Source of the DNA: Podarcis gaigeae
Taxonomy: Eukaryota
Reading direction: 5' to 3' (one strand)
Length of the DNA stretch: 64,000 nucleotides
Assembly: GCA_964106915.2 (NCBI GenBank)
Contig: OZ066929.1
The notes beneath the pieces are model-generated. The model saw nothing but the letters and a program-made list of their open reading frames with translations. It was not told the origin of the DNA and made no database searches. Below are positions 12,917-26,870 of this stretch, piece after piece (positions within the stretch are counted from its first letter, which is position 1; every line of letters begins with the position of its first letter). The translations under genes and the position numbers were made by a program.

Positions 12917-14934
12917 GTAACAGGCTCTGAGCCTCTTCTGTTTCTCAGTTTCATCTTGGTGCTAAGCTCCCTCCTTGTGTTGTCTGAAGATTGTAGCAGG
13001 AGCATGTATGAACAGCAAGGCATTTAGTGGTAGGCAGGTGCCAAGGGAGTTGTCCTCTGAGACAACTGCACTCTGGAAATTGCTCTAGATTTTTGTAGGG
13101 CTTATGAGGCAGGGCATGTCCTCTGCTACTCTCTCGCTTTTTTCACCCCTTGGATGTTGAGCAGAAATATGACTCTGTTGCCATGCACTGTATCTACCTC
13201 ATCTTCCTACTACTTCCATAGCCCTTAACCACCATGCCCAATTTTAGGGCAGCCGTTGCCAGCCTGGTGCCATCCAAAGATTTTGCACGACAACTACCAT
13301 CACCTACAGGATCATACAATCATATTTGCTGATGCTGATGAGATTTGTAGTCCGAAGCATCAGGGATGGCATCAGGTTGTGGAGGCTATTTTATGTTACT
13401 CTTCTTGGTAGATCTTGGTAACGTCTTGGGCAGCTGCCTGTTCCTGCTACATAAAAATGCCAGTTCTCATGGTTTATTATAGCAGAATTCCACTGTAAAC
13501 AGGATACATGGTTGGCTAGTCCCCTCACCCTGCCCTGAAATGAGAATGTCTGTAAGTGGATGGTAACTTAAGTAATAGCCCTGCCTCCCTGACCTTTCTT
13601 CCTAGAACTATTGCAAACTGCTTCTCAGCTCCACTGCAAAAATACTCAACAGCTTCAAAATCGGCTTGCTGCATTGCATGTGCTGTTCAAGAAACACAAG
13701 CACAGAGTCCTCTGCACTCTTAAAATGAGATAGTCTTTTGAATCCTTGCCAGTGATGGCATGAACCCCTTTTTAAGACTGTAACATCATGTAAATTTACC
13801 TATCAGTAGCAGCCCTTATATTGTACCACTCAACAATGCAGGATAAAAAGTGACTTTCATTTATCAACAACCATCTCTGAAAATACAGTGATTTAGATAA
13901 TGGTATTACAACAAAAAGCATCTGCATTTTTCACTGTCATTCCAGATTACATGGTTGGCTACCCTAGGTGAACAGAGCCTGCTTTCTGTTTTAGTCACTG
14001 TTTTAGCAGGTGATAGGATAAGTGTTCAGTGTTCATATTTGGTTGTTAAAAGCAGCTAGAGCAAAAGCTGAACAACTTTATTATGAACAGGTGGGTTAGG
14101 GTTGCAGAATGATGGAATTCACTTAAAAACACGTATGTGTGTGATCTTAGAATGGGTTGGTAAGGATAAGATTATTTGAATTTGGAACGTGGTTGCTAGT
14201 GTAATTAGGTTAGTTGTTCATGCAGATTTGTTGGCGAAAGCAGGAAATGTTTTTTCAGCAGAATGTCCTAGTAGCTGCCTGCTGTTCTGGTACCTGCAGG
14301 AGCATCCTTTCTTTGAAGCTGATCCAGCCCATCTTATCTGCGCAGCCCCTCGAGCCTCCTTTTTGATTGTGTAGCCACTGGGTGGGAATGAAAGAGACAA
14401 GACGATCAAATGCTACTCAGAATGGCTAAAGGGTTTCAGCTTGCCTACTTCTCTCTCTTTAATTAGCTCAGTGTAAAGACTTCTTTAGACATGGTGTATT
14501 CAAAAAGGATGACAGAAGATTCTTGGCTGAACTCTTCTTTGCTTCTGAATGGGATTTCTTTGTGACTTCTGGGTGGTGTCAAGAGGAGGCGTGAAGCTGG
14601 CTGGGTGTTACATGATGGCACTTCAGTCACTTGCTATAGCAAGGTTCCTAAATGCTACACAATCTGTTTCTTTATGCACACCCACAGGCAGCAACACACT
14701 TGGCTTGCCAAACAGAGAATTGTAGGTTGCTGTGCCAGCCAGGAACCCAACGGACAAGAGCCAAATCAAGTAACTGAGGCTCTGGACCAATCTAGGTGTT
14801 ACTTGCTACCACCTGCAAATGCACCCCAACATCCCTTTTTTAGGCTGCAAAGCAGTTGGGGGGGGAGGTTGACTGAGAATGGAGGAGTAGTGATTGGAGA
14901 AGGGGGAAGCTATGCTTTTCCCCCATGGAGTTTC

Positions 14935-14936
<2 letters not shown>

Positions 14937-14974
<38 letters not shown>
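14937..14974. repeat. (TA)n microsatellite
   Basis: Direct reading. Confidence 0.95.
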
Positions 14975-14977
<3 letters not shown>

Positions 14978-17900
14978 GGTCGGTCCATACTAATATGGAA
15001 GCTATTGAAAGAGAGGAGTGGAAATACAGGGAGCTGAAAATGGTGGACTCTACTGAGCAAAGGAAAATGTGTTAACAGTGGCCCTTTGTGGTATGTATTA
15101 GGTGTAGATTTGGGGTATGGTACTTGTTGGGTGTGAAGGTTTAAAGGTTAACCCTTGGTTTCCTATCTCAAAATTACTACCTGTTTTAAGATTTCTGACC
15201 ATTCCAGCCATTACATTTCAATGATACAAGGGCTTGGGCCCTTGATAGCTCACTATCAATATAGGTCACTGTGTTATAATTGCTGTCATTTTTTAAAAGC
15301 GACCATGTCCTGACAAACTGAAATGCATGGGTTTTTTTGAGTCATGATATGCTGGTCATTTCAGAATCCATCGATGCAGAAGGAAGAAACATTTCTATAA
15401 TGGGAAGGGATCCCACTTCAGTACAGCCAACAACTGCCTTCTTGTTTTTGAAAATCCATATGGAAAAGACCCTCCTCATTCTGAGTACTTGGAGCTGAGA
15501 AGATTATATGGTTGTTTAATATATAAAAGCACAATTTGTATGTACACTCTGCTAGTGGCATTCTACTGTCAAGTCTACTAAGAGACTTCTTTTGAAAAGA
15601 AGGTATTTGCTCAGCATTCTCTCATTGTTTTGAAGGAATTCCTTTCTCCTGTTAGCCAAACACAGGTAACAGATTACTCTGTTTGGATACAAATCAGTTT
15701 TCCTTAACTTCCCTCATTGCCCTGGACTCAGGCTGGTGAAAGTAGGCGGCCATGGTTTTTGCTTATCTGAGAAGATTGTTAGAAATGTTGTTTTCCTAGT
15801 TGTAGAAAATAAAACTCATTTCTGAGCTGAAAATGTCAGCATGGCTGGTGTCCATTCATTGTGGATGATGAGTGTCTGTAGATGGTAGCCACTGTTCCCC
15901 ATTTGCCTTGGTAGTGCAATCAATTTGGGTGTTGCTGCCTAGCAAGGCATCATCATCACATTTCTGTATATGATTCTTAATGTTGATATCCTACCAGACA
16001 AAACCTATCTATCATGTCTGTGGATTTGAGAACTTGTTTGGAGGATATGCCTGGCTCACTCAGGCGAAATGGAGGGCAATAGAACACCCTCTCTTCACCG
16101 CAGAAAAGAAGCTTATTTTAAGATTGATGTTCTGTTTCCTTGGTGCAGAATTTGAATTACTTGATTGTGAATTTACTGTTTGGGCATTGTATTCAAATCC
16201 CTGCTAAATAACTCACTATGCCAGGTGCTTTTTTGTGACAATGTTACATTCCTGCACTTTACTAGGAATAATAAACCTTCCTTGCATGTATCACTGTGTG
16301 TGCAAGCTGAGCGAACAGATCCCTCTTCATGCTGTGGTGGCGGGTGGGTTGCAGCCATCCTGTGGCTCTGAAGAACTGTATAAACCAGCAGGTGGTGGCA
16401 GATCCTTTGATAACTTGCCTTAGCTATCAGTTTATCTCTTTCCCCCACCTGCTTCATTTCAGTCAGGTTCTCTGTACTCAAATCCAGGCACCCATTTTTT
16501 TCAGGGCATATTGGTCAAAACTCCCTTAATTGGAATCAGTTGTGCAGATTTGACATAACTGAATATGTCTACCTTGGTTTTCCTGCTTCAGGTTGATTAG
16601 TTAATGGTATACTTTATTTTGAGGCACCGCACTTTCATTTTGCACCATGTAGAATTTGAGGTCTGGGTGGTTTTGTAGCTCCACCAAGGACCTCACTTCC
16701 TGCTCCTCCTCAGGGCTAAAAAGAGGCCAAAAGACCTCTCTTCCCCTATCTGAGCCAAGCACACACACACAACCTACAAGCTTTTCTCATCTAAGCTCCA
16801 CCACTGTCAGCTCTACAAAGGTTCGAGGTTGTCTTAAATAACTCTGTCCATTTCCCCCTTTCTGCTTGTAATAATCTTCCAGAGCACCTCAGTGATGTGT
16901 TCTCCTCTTGCTGCAATATATCGAACTCAGAACTTGCCTCCTTTTATTTTTGAAAGGTCTTGTCTTAGTTCTTTAAGTCCTCAGACCACTTGAGGTCACT
17001 TAGGCCCCACACACACCCACCCACCCACCATGTTGAACTTCTGGTGCTTACTGGATTCTTCTTTTAAAAACTCCAGCAGACTTTTAAATTGAATTCTGAT
17101 TTTACAGTTTTAACTGCTTTCTAGCCTTTATTGTGTTGGGTCTCTTGTGCAACACTTAGAAATAGCTGTCATTAAACAGCATACAAATTGTTGGAAGAAA
17201 ATGGAAAATAAATAAATAAATAAACAAAACCAAAATACGTCACTGCGTTCATGCACAATTTCCATTTCCCTCTCACTTGGCTGCCTCTTTATTTTATACT
17301 CTCTGCCCTGTACTGTGTCACTATTGATGCTGCATTAAAAAAACAAGTTGGCAGCCTAGCATCCCTGCCTCCACCCTATGGCAGGACTTATCAGAGATCA
17401 GCCACCCTGCTTACAAGCTGGTAACTCCTACAGTCCTGTTAACTTTCTTCGCTGCCTAGCATCTAAGAGGAAGCCCTGTGTATCAGGCCATCCAGTCCAC
17501 AAGCAGTGGATAAAAGGTGTCCCTCAGCAACTGGTGTGTGTGTGTCCTTTAGCCAGTGTGACTTACGGCCATTAACAGACTTGCATGGCAGTCTGCCCTG
17601 CCTCTCTTTCCTCCATCCGCAGTATAAGGGATGTTTATTCCTGACTTTAAAGGGTGGTTGTGAGGATTAAAACTAGATGCCTGTGAGAACTTTGAGGATT
17701 GGAAGGTGCTGTCTGTGTAAATGTTAAGTACAACTAATTTACTAGATCTCGTTTTCCTCCTCTTCCATGAATTTGTCTGATTCAGTTTCAGAAGGACCAA
17801 CCGCCATCAAGACCACCACTACATTTTGTGGCAGGGTAACATTTCATGTGTTTGTCAAGGTAGCCTGTCGTCCAGGGAAGCTTATACCATAATTTAAAAA

Positions 17901-20204
17901 AATTACCCTAAAATTCTAAAGGTTGGTCTTTAAGATGCTTTGTTTCTGCTGCAACAGAGTAACACACACTCACACTCTGGAAATTATTCATTCTGAGCCA
18001 AGTTGAACCATACAGGGGAAGGGATTAAACAGAATACGTCAGTGGCCCAATTTAACACGGGGAGGGAAAGAGTTCTTTCCTCACCCCAGACCAGAGTCCC
18101 CGCATTGAGGTGTCATTCTTCCGAATGGATCTTTCAAATCCATCTTCCACGCTTACTGTTCCCCCCCCCCCCCCCCGAGCAGAATTGCATGGGTGCCTTT
18201 TCACAGCAAGGACTTCTCATCCTGCCTGACTGACAGGCTGTAGCAAAGGCGAATTAAGAAGTGCGGAGCAGGGCAACCTCCTCTTTATGGTTCCACTGCC
18301 ATGTCTGGAGCTCAAAGCAGAGTCTGCTTGCTCTGTGGCGCCAGCAGAAGTGCTGCTCTGAAGCCTATGGCTGGCACCTTCAGCCTTCCTGAGTTGTTAT
18401 TATTTTTTATTTCCTGGTTGGGGAGGGGGGAGAGTGAGAAGAAGGGAAGATGTTGGTTCAAATGTTCTCCTATGGCTGCCCCTGAGTTTATGTTGGCAGT
18501 GGCTGGGGAACGGAGCTGATTTAACTGGCAGTTGTTGTTTTGTGGCCAGGGCATTATGAAAAGGTTTTCTGTCTTTCCCCTCCAAGGTTAATGCTGAATG
18601 TTTTCCTTCTTAATATACTGTTCGCTTCATTATTAGCTGAAAGAGACTCTCTTTATATATATTTTTAAAAAAATTAACTTCTTCCATTCCCCCCCAATAT
18701 ATATAGAGAGAGAGTCCCTTCATGCTGTTGCATTCTGAGAGCCGGGAAGTCCTGTGGACAGGAAGTGAGAAACCTGATGGTTGGTGTGATTTATACAGAA
18801 ATTCCTTTCTTCCCCAGTGAGCTGGAACAGTAGGCCGATGTGTCAGTTTGCGGCTGGCTGCCTGGCTGCAAGCGCCAACCATTGTTGCTCCTTTTGTCCT
18901 CCCGCCCCCATCTCCGGCAAGTGAGCCACTTCTGTTTAAAAGTGATGAATGAAGTGTTCTTCGAGCAGGGATTCAGGGGAGGCTCCTGAGGCAGCTTTAC
19001 ACCGCAGCGTCTTTATTCCCTTTGCCAGCTTCAGGCCTTCCCATGTTCTTCCTCAGATGGGATCCTTCTTTTGAGCAGCAGCAGTAGCAGGACAATAGGT
19101 AGCTGCTGCTCCTGTTGCTGACTTAGCCCCCTTTGGGGGCACAGATTTCCCCCCCCCCTTCTCCGCTCTTGCTGATCATGCATGTCTCCAGGAAATCCCA
19201 TGTGTGCTTCACCAAAATTACTCACCTACTTCATCTAGTTGGTGTTGGAGGCTTTCCCCTGCATCAGCAAAACTTAGGTGACACCAAAATGTCCTGGAAC
19301 CTTTTCTCATTAAAAAATTGTTCAAGAGAGAGAGAGAGAAAGAGATGGGGAAACTGACTCGTTCGCAGTATCTGTGGGGATTAGGTGGGGTGAAGCTCCA
19401 TGGTGGAGCATATGCGTGCATATGAAAGATCCTGGTTTCAATTCCCTAATTGAAAAAAAAAAATTGAAGTCCCTCATCTAAGAAGACCTTACAACGGAGG
19501 TCCTTAAATTTACCCGAGAGGGTAGAGAGGAGAGGCTGAACTCAGCTTGGAAAGCTTATTTAAAGTGCATCAGCAGAGGGCTGATGAATGCATTTTAGTT
19601 TGTGGAAGTTGTAAGCATAATTCACAAATGCACATGTAGGCAGGAAGTGCTTGAGAAATGCATTCTCGGCACAAAACAGATTAAAACCGTTTCAGCAGAA
19701 TGTGCTTTGGATTGGCAAATACAGTGGAACAGAGACAACATGGGGAATGGCATTGTGTGTACAGCATCCCCCAAAGATGCCTATCTGCAGCCTTGAATGC
19801 ACATTATCACACAATGCATACTCACTCACAGTCTCTAGCCTCAAGGCTTATTGTCTAAAAAAGCATGACGCATAAGGAAAATGGGTTGGGGAGGGAGGAG
19901 GAAAATCCAGATCTGGGCACTGTTTCTTTAAATTAACAAAGTTATGGTAATGAGCAGCAAAAGCCAAAAGATTTCCAGAAGAGAAGGTGCCAAAAGTTGC
20001 TGGTCTTTCCACAGCACTGGTAGAGTGGCCCTGCAGTCCTCCTTCTCTTCTCCTGCAGCTCAGTGGAAAGGCTGCACCACATGCTCAAAACCCATGGTAC
20101 ACAAATGTATGCTGTAAAATGCAAAGTTTTAAATGAATCAAAATACCCATTACAACATAGAAATGCTGGTATTAATGCTGTTTTCAGAAGGATTCCATAG
20201 ATTC

Positions 20205-20680
20205 TGTGATCATAGACTCACAGTTGCTGGAGCTGGTGGTGTCTGACCAGGAGCAAGACCTTGGAGTCACGAATAGCTCAGTGAAGATGTTGACCCATCA
20301 TGTGACAGCTGTGAAAAAGGCATATTGCGTGCCAGGGATTGTTAGCAAAGGAATGGAAAATAAACTGCTGATCACAGAAAATGTGTGGTGCACTCACTTT
20401 GGAATAGTGTCTACGGTTCTGCTTGCCTCACCTCTAAAAGGGTACTGTAGTGTTGGAAAAGGGCAACCGGAATGATCAAGAGGGTGGAAGGATTCCCCTA
20501 CAAGGAAAGATTGCAGTCTTTGTGGCATTTTAGTTTAGAGAAAAGGCAAGTAAGAGGCAACATGATGGAAATGTATAAAAGTATGCATGGAATGCAGAAA
20601 GTGGATAGAGAAGAAAAGTTTTTCTCCCTATCATAACACTAGAACTTGGGAATATCCAAAGAAGCTGACCGAGGATTCAG
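20205..20680 (+). mobile_element. Old CR1 LINE fragment (RT C-terminal region)
   Basis: Degenerate similarity to the young CR1 at 23762 (agggcaacc..atgatcaag, tttagtttagagaaaagg). Confidence 0.7.
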
Positions 20681-23600
20681 AGCAGACCAATAATCCCCCC
20701 CCCCCAAAAAAAATAGCCATAATGGCTAGAATCCTCATTTTCTTTTTTGAAAAAGAAAAAGATGAGGAGCTTCACAATTCTAACTTTTGATGGATTAGAA
20801 ACAAACTTGTGGACACGTGGAAGAGGCGCATTGCTGGCTGTTGTTTTCCTGAAACTTACCTAGAAGGTCTGCAAACATAAAGTCACCAAGTCTTCCCCTG
20901 CTTCTGTGGTCTTAGTCCTGCTTTTTCTAACCAGTGTGCTCTCCATAGAGAGGATCAGATACTGTAGAAGGTCCGCTCTCTTGCACTATGTAATTTGTGT
21001 CTCTCACTTCCAAGCTGCTGGGCTTGTTAACTCTGCAAGGCCAGTTCCTACTTGTAGACCCTTTATCCTTTCTGGAGGGCTGAATGGTTCAGTCCATGCA
21101 GCCTTTCCATTTCAGTTTAATGCCTCAAGGACGCTTACTTCAACAGGTTCCTTCTGCTAACTACCACTCTGACCCAACCCAACTCCATTTTTCCCCTACC
21201 TGCAAAGAACAGCAAGGCAGACCTTGCTATCGGATCCTGCTTGCTTACGGCCCATCCTGGCAGCACACCTCAGCTTGGAGCTTTGAACTCTCGCAAGGTT
21301 TCTCCAGAGTAAACAGCTCACAGTGGCAACAGTCAAGCTGCTCTCCATCTCGTGGACTTATTCCAAAAGGGTAGCTGCGTTAGTCTGTTGCAGCAAAAAC
21401 AAAAGAGTCTTCTGTCACCTTAAAGACTAACAAATTTGTTTTGGCAAAGCTCTAGACCATGAAAACCTGTGCCATTAAAAATCTCATGGGCGTGTGGCTA
21501 TTCCTGGCTCTTAACCCCACTCAGAATGCAGCTGCAGAGGGTCCTCTTTCTCCAGGATCCTGTTGTTCTCAAACTGGGCAAAGTGGAGAAGGCCAGGAAA
21601 GGCATGAAGCCAGCCAGGTTCTTGGCAGTTCCAGGTCACGCTGTCTGTAGGCAATTACACCCACCTTCCTGCTCAAGTGCAGTGATGTTTCAGACGATGG
21701 GGGACGGGAACAGCAAATTCTTGCCTTTAAACAAAGGGTCAGGTGCATCTGAGCTGCAGCACACCTCTTCTCTGGATGAAAAAGGCCTCTCCCCACCTAG
21801 TTTGATAAAACAGAGTTGGAAGAATGCTGTATGTTTCTCCCCCCATCCTCTTTACTCCCCCCCCCCATTACGGGATCCATTTATTTTTCATGAGCTATAT
21901 TTAGGTGGCACTGGCAGAACCCCCAAACTGCTGAGTCCTGTTAAATCAATATTTTTTTTCCTTAGAAGGCGGAGATCAGCATTACCAAGTAAATGGTAAA
22001 TAATATTTTGGTTTAGCATAGCTGAAGGTTTTTCCACTGCAAATTCCCTCATGTCCAGCCATGGTAAATTATTCAGGTGGTAGTGGTGGTGGTGGTTAAA
22101 GTGAAAAAGATCCTCTGCATTTTTAGGGAAGTCAAATAAAATAATAAAGGGGTCTTTGAGAGTAGCTCTTCACCCAATGTTTGTAAAGAGATGTCACTTT
22201 GAGGTGTTTCCACTGAGGTGGCAACAGGAGGGTCCACCCAATGCCCAGAGACCTGGAGCTTCTTATGGACATTAAAGTAGCTTGTGGTGACAAGAGCAAT
22301 GCATTTCTCTCTCAGACTTTATCTGGATGTAGGAAACTTGAAAGTGGGGACAGGGACAGAAAGAGCCTGATGGAGAGGAAGACTCCCTCTTCCTCCCAGA
22401 TAAGATCTGGATTGAATATCCTAGGAGAAATGGTTAAAACATTTGCTGCTACTTAGTTTAGAAAAAAACGGTCATGGTAGATGTGTATAAAAAGATGGGA
22501 AAGTGAATAGAGATAGGCTTTCCTCCCTCTCTCATAATATGTACTATCATCTCTTAATACCGTTGGGTCATCCAATGAAACTTCACACAGCGCGTAGTTA
22601 AAACTATGGAATTTGATCCTTCAAAAAGGTAGCAATGATAAGCTTCTTGAGGCACAGCAGGAAACATGATGCTGAACTGGACTTTGTAGGTCTTTGGCCT
22701 GATCCAAGCAGCCAGGTCCTTTTTACATTCCTGCATTAAGCTGAGGTGCAGTGAGCACACATTGGCTCGAGACAGTGATTCTCTTTTTCCGTGCACTTCT
22801 TTCGGAAGGAGTATCTGTCTTTGTTCGTGGCAGGTGTGTGCTCATTCCATTCTCTTTTCCTTCTCATTCTCTTTTATCACTGAAAGGGGATCCAACTGCT
22901 TCTGCAGACTTCTGCTGTGCTTTAGAAGAAACTGCTGACACTGGTGGTGCTTATCTTTCTTTCCACTCTCTCAAAGCCTGGCTCTAGCTGCAGGAGAGCA
23001 GCTATTCAGGGTGGGATCTGGGAATACAGGGAAGTGAGAGCAGGTGAGTTGCTGAATGCTGGAGAAGCTGAAACTTTGTCCCATCAAGCATCTCCCATTA
23101 CAAAGTCCTTATTCCACTCCATTACACGGGTTCTGACCTGGCATCTGTTCTAGGGTGGCTAGAAGCTCAGGTTTAGCAATATTTCTCTTAATCTAAGGTA
23201 GCAGTTGGTTTTGCAAAGAGCTCTGCTTTGATGCAGTTGTTTTGCTTGTTTGTTTATACAAATAATGTACCTGGCCTTTCTCCCCCCGAAATGATACTTC
23301 CAGTGTAAGAACAAACACAAAAATAAAATTAACAGCAACCCCCCCCCCTCATTTAATGCCAACACAATTCAAGTCTAAAGCAGGGGGAAGGCAGGGCTAG
23401 CAATTAATAAAATTAAAGAGCAACAGAAGAAAAGTTTCCTTTAAAGAGAGCAACCTTCAAACACTGTCAGGAGCCGAGAAGCTGGTAGTTGCAAGCCAAC
23501 AGCATATAAGGACCTGAGGTTGAAGAGCCCTGATAACTTCTGCAACACAGACTGGGCTCTGCGGCTGAGGAAGCCGTGTTGCATGTTGCCACAAACCACA

Positions 23601-23761
23601 CAGAGCAACAGAACACACTAAAGGGCCACCACAGCTGCTCTTAAAGGATGCACAGATTCACATGGGAGGAGATGGTCCTTTGAAGCTGATAAACACATTG
23701 AGTTGCACTTGCAAATGAACTTGCAGGCAGCACAGCTGATACTGCAAAGAGGTCAGGATTT

Positions 23762-24210
23762 TAGAATCATAGAATCATAGAGTTGGAAGAGACCACAAGG
23801 GCCATCGAGTCCAACCCCCTGCCAAGCAGGAAACACCACCAGAGCACTCCTGACATATGGTTGTCAAGCCTCTGCTTAAAGACCTCCAAAGAAGGAGACT
23901 CCACCACACTCCTTGGCAGCAAATTCCACTGTCGAACAGCTCTTACTGTCAGGAAGTTCTTCCTAATGTTTAGGTGGAATCTTCTTTCTTGTAGTTTGGA
24001 TCCATTGCTCCGTGTCCGCTTCTCTGGAGCAGCAGAAAACAACCTTTCTCCCTCCTCTATGTGACATCCTTTTATATATTTGAACATGGCTATCATGTCA
24101 CCCCTTAACCCCCTCTTCTCCAGGCTAAACATGCCCAGCTCCCTTAGCCGTTCCTCATAAGGCATCGTTTCCAGGCCTTTGACCATTTTGGTTGCCCTCC
24201 TCTGGACACG
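23762..24210 (-). mobile_element. Young 5'-truncated CR1 LINE 3' end
   Basis: Minus-strand [36 protein letters not shown]...[14 protein letters not shown] is the CR1 ORF2 C-terminus; ends in an (ATTCTATG)-type tail. Confidence 0.93.
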
Positions 24211-24623
24211 TTTTAGCAGCATAAGTTTTCACCAGTTGAAGCCTCCAAGAGATTTTTAGGAACAGCCCCACACATAGCACGCTACAACTCAAATCAAGAT
24301 GCAATTGGTGCATTCAGGATCACGTCCATTGTAAATCGCAAGTGAAACTGAGCAGTGTAGCGGTCAAATACTAGTGTAAGGGTTTTCCTTCCCTGCTCCC
24401 CTCCCCTCTTGCCACGTTTTCAGTATGGCTGGGGCAGCTCCCCCAACAAGGGCTGCGCCACCCCCACTGCCACCCTGGGTAGGCGACACTAGTAGTTACT
24501 CCCTCTAACTGAGAGTAACTCACTTGCTTTCCAGGGAGGGTGGGGGAACCCTCTCAACAAGGCAGTCTTGGGAGAAGAGGTATGGCAGCCAGTGGGCTGG
24601 CCTTGAGAAGACCTTCCACCCCG

Positions 24624-24974
24624 TGTGGACAAGATGGACTGTTTCAAGAAGTGGCAGAAAGACATTTCGAAATTCGTCTGGCAGGGCAAGAAACCCAGAA
24701 TTAAATTCAAGATTTTAACTGATGCAAAGGAAAGGGGGGGATTTGCCCTGCCAGACCTTAAACTATACTATGAATCGGCAGCTTTTTGCTGGTTGAAGGA
24801 CTGGCTACTTCTTGAGAACACAGACATTCTGGATTTAGAAGGTTTTAATAATACTTTTGGGTGGCATGTATATTTGTGGTATAACAAGGTTAAAGCACAG
24901 AAAGCCTTTAAAAATCATATTGTCAGGAAAGCATTGTATAATGTCTGGATTAGATATAAAGATTTGCTGGAAAG
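24624..24974 (+). mobile_element. Internal LINE-1 (L1 clade) ORF2 fragment flanked by 19-bp direct repeats
   Basis: ISKFVWQGKKPRIKFKILTDAKERGGFALPDLKLYYESA matches the L1 post-RT motif F.W..K.PRI...L...K..GG.ALPD...YY.A; gagaagaccttccaccccg at 24605-24623 and 24975-24993. Confidence 0.88.
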
Positions 24975-26557
24975 GAGAAGACCTTCCACCCCGGAGGCAT
25001 CTGCCAGACCAGCAGAATGTATGCAGGTCCTCACAAGTGCAAAACAGCTATGGTTTCTGCACCTCCAGTGTTGAGTCCCCAACAACTGTACATTACATCC
25101 TTCTCCCCCAGCCCCCACAATACAAAAATTCCTGCATTTGGGGTTGAGGAAAGGGTGTGTGTGTTGGAAGTGTGGAAACAGAGTGGACATTCCTCTCCTA
25201 GCTGAAACTAGGGCAGCAATTCTGAGCGGTGCTCACTAAGTCATCCATTTTGCTGGAAGCCTCCTCAGTCCCTGGAACAGTTGTAGGTTGGGTCTGCCCC
25301 AGGAGGAGACTCTGGCCAGAAGCGGCCCCACTTATCCATGCAGAGGTGCCCCTCAGCCCCTGTCACACTGGGCTTGTTTCTTGAGAACAGCCTCTGCAGC
25401 AAGCCCCAAGTTTTGCTCTGCTCAGGAGGCTCCAAGATGCCCCGCGTTTCTCTCCTATTTATTTATTTCTGTTGGGAATGTAATAAAACTCCGTCAGGAA
25501 ATGGAGCTGGTTCCATGAAATTCTCCGCAGCCCACTGCTGGGAAGGCCAGACAAGGAGCCACTTTGTGTGAGGAGGAGGAGAGGCTTTGCTGCCAGGGCC
25601 AGCTTCTAGGCTGGGAGTTATTGGGGGGGGGCAGCAGCAGCAGGGGGGGGGAATGTGGGGATAGGCAAAGAAAGAAGAATCTGTGCTGCTGAACTGTAGC
25701 CGAACCCCACCCCAACTCCTCTTAACCCGCCCCAGGCCTTAGCACTGCTGCTGGATGAACCCCTGAGCAGGAGCTCAAGTCCGCAAGGTAGCAGCAGGGA
25801 AAGTTACAGTGAACAGCCTTGTGTGAGGGGCCTTATTTATGATGTCAAAAGCCAACCTGCTTGCCACTAGGGGAATTCCAGAGGGAAGGATAAGAGCCTG
25901 GTTGCCCCCTGGGTCGTCAAGCTGGCCAAAAGGGACTTGCAGCAAACATCCCTGTGCCTAGCCCTCAGTCTCCATGCCCTGGCTCTGTTTCGTGGGAGCA
26001 TCTGGGAGGGAGAAGCGGGTGCAGGTTTGCAGCAGGGTGGGGCAGATCGCATGGCAAGCACTTGGGAATCATCACAAGAGGGCAGCCAATTCCTGGCACT
26101 CTCAGAGGCTTGACACTCTCAGAGGCCACATTTCTGGAGAGTGTCCCAGAAGGAGATAGCTGTGCCACTATGGCCCTAGTTTGATAGGGGGGGGAGAGAG
26201 CTAATAAAAGTGTTTCCCCCACCCCCTGCTACTCAGCAAGCAATATGGTTAGCTGTAAAATAATGATTAGCAGGTGCTAATTGGAGCTTCGGACTATGGC
26301 CCTCAGCCATACAATGGTGGGAGTTATCATCCAAAACCTCCAAGGGGCACCAGCTTGGGGAAGGAGGCCATAGATGATTTGGCCTGGCGCATCTGTACGA
26401 CGCTACACACTTAAGCTGGCAGGATAGTCATTCCTTCTTCCCATGGAACCTTCCCAGTTGCAGTTCTGCAAAGGAGGGCTAGGAATCACATCAGAGAAAC
26501 CTTAGCATCAGGACCACCATTCCCAAGATTCTTTGGGTGGTGCTATGGCTGCTTAAT

Positions 26558-26870
26558 GGGACGCGGGTGGCGCTGTGGTCTAAACCACAGAGCGTAGGGC
26601 TTGCCGATCAGAAGGTTGGCGATTCGAAACTGCACAACGGGGTGAGCTCCCGTTGCTCAGTCCCTGCTCCTGCCAACCTAGCAGTTCGAAAGCACGTCAA
26701 GTGCAAGTAGATAAATAGGTACCACTCTGGCGGGAAGGTAAATGGCATTTCTGTGCACTGCTTTGGTTCATCAGAAGCGGCTTAGTCATGCTGGCCACAT
26801 GACCCGGAAGCTGTCTGCAGACAAACGCCGGTTCCCTTAATGGTCAGGGTTCCTTTTACCTTTTACCTTT
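26558..26870 (+). mobile_element. Sauria SINE with 12-bp TSD
   Basis: Same head and tail as the 6122 copy; tatggctgctta at 26544-26555 and 26871-26882. Confidence 0.9.
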
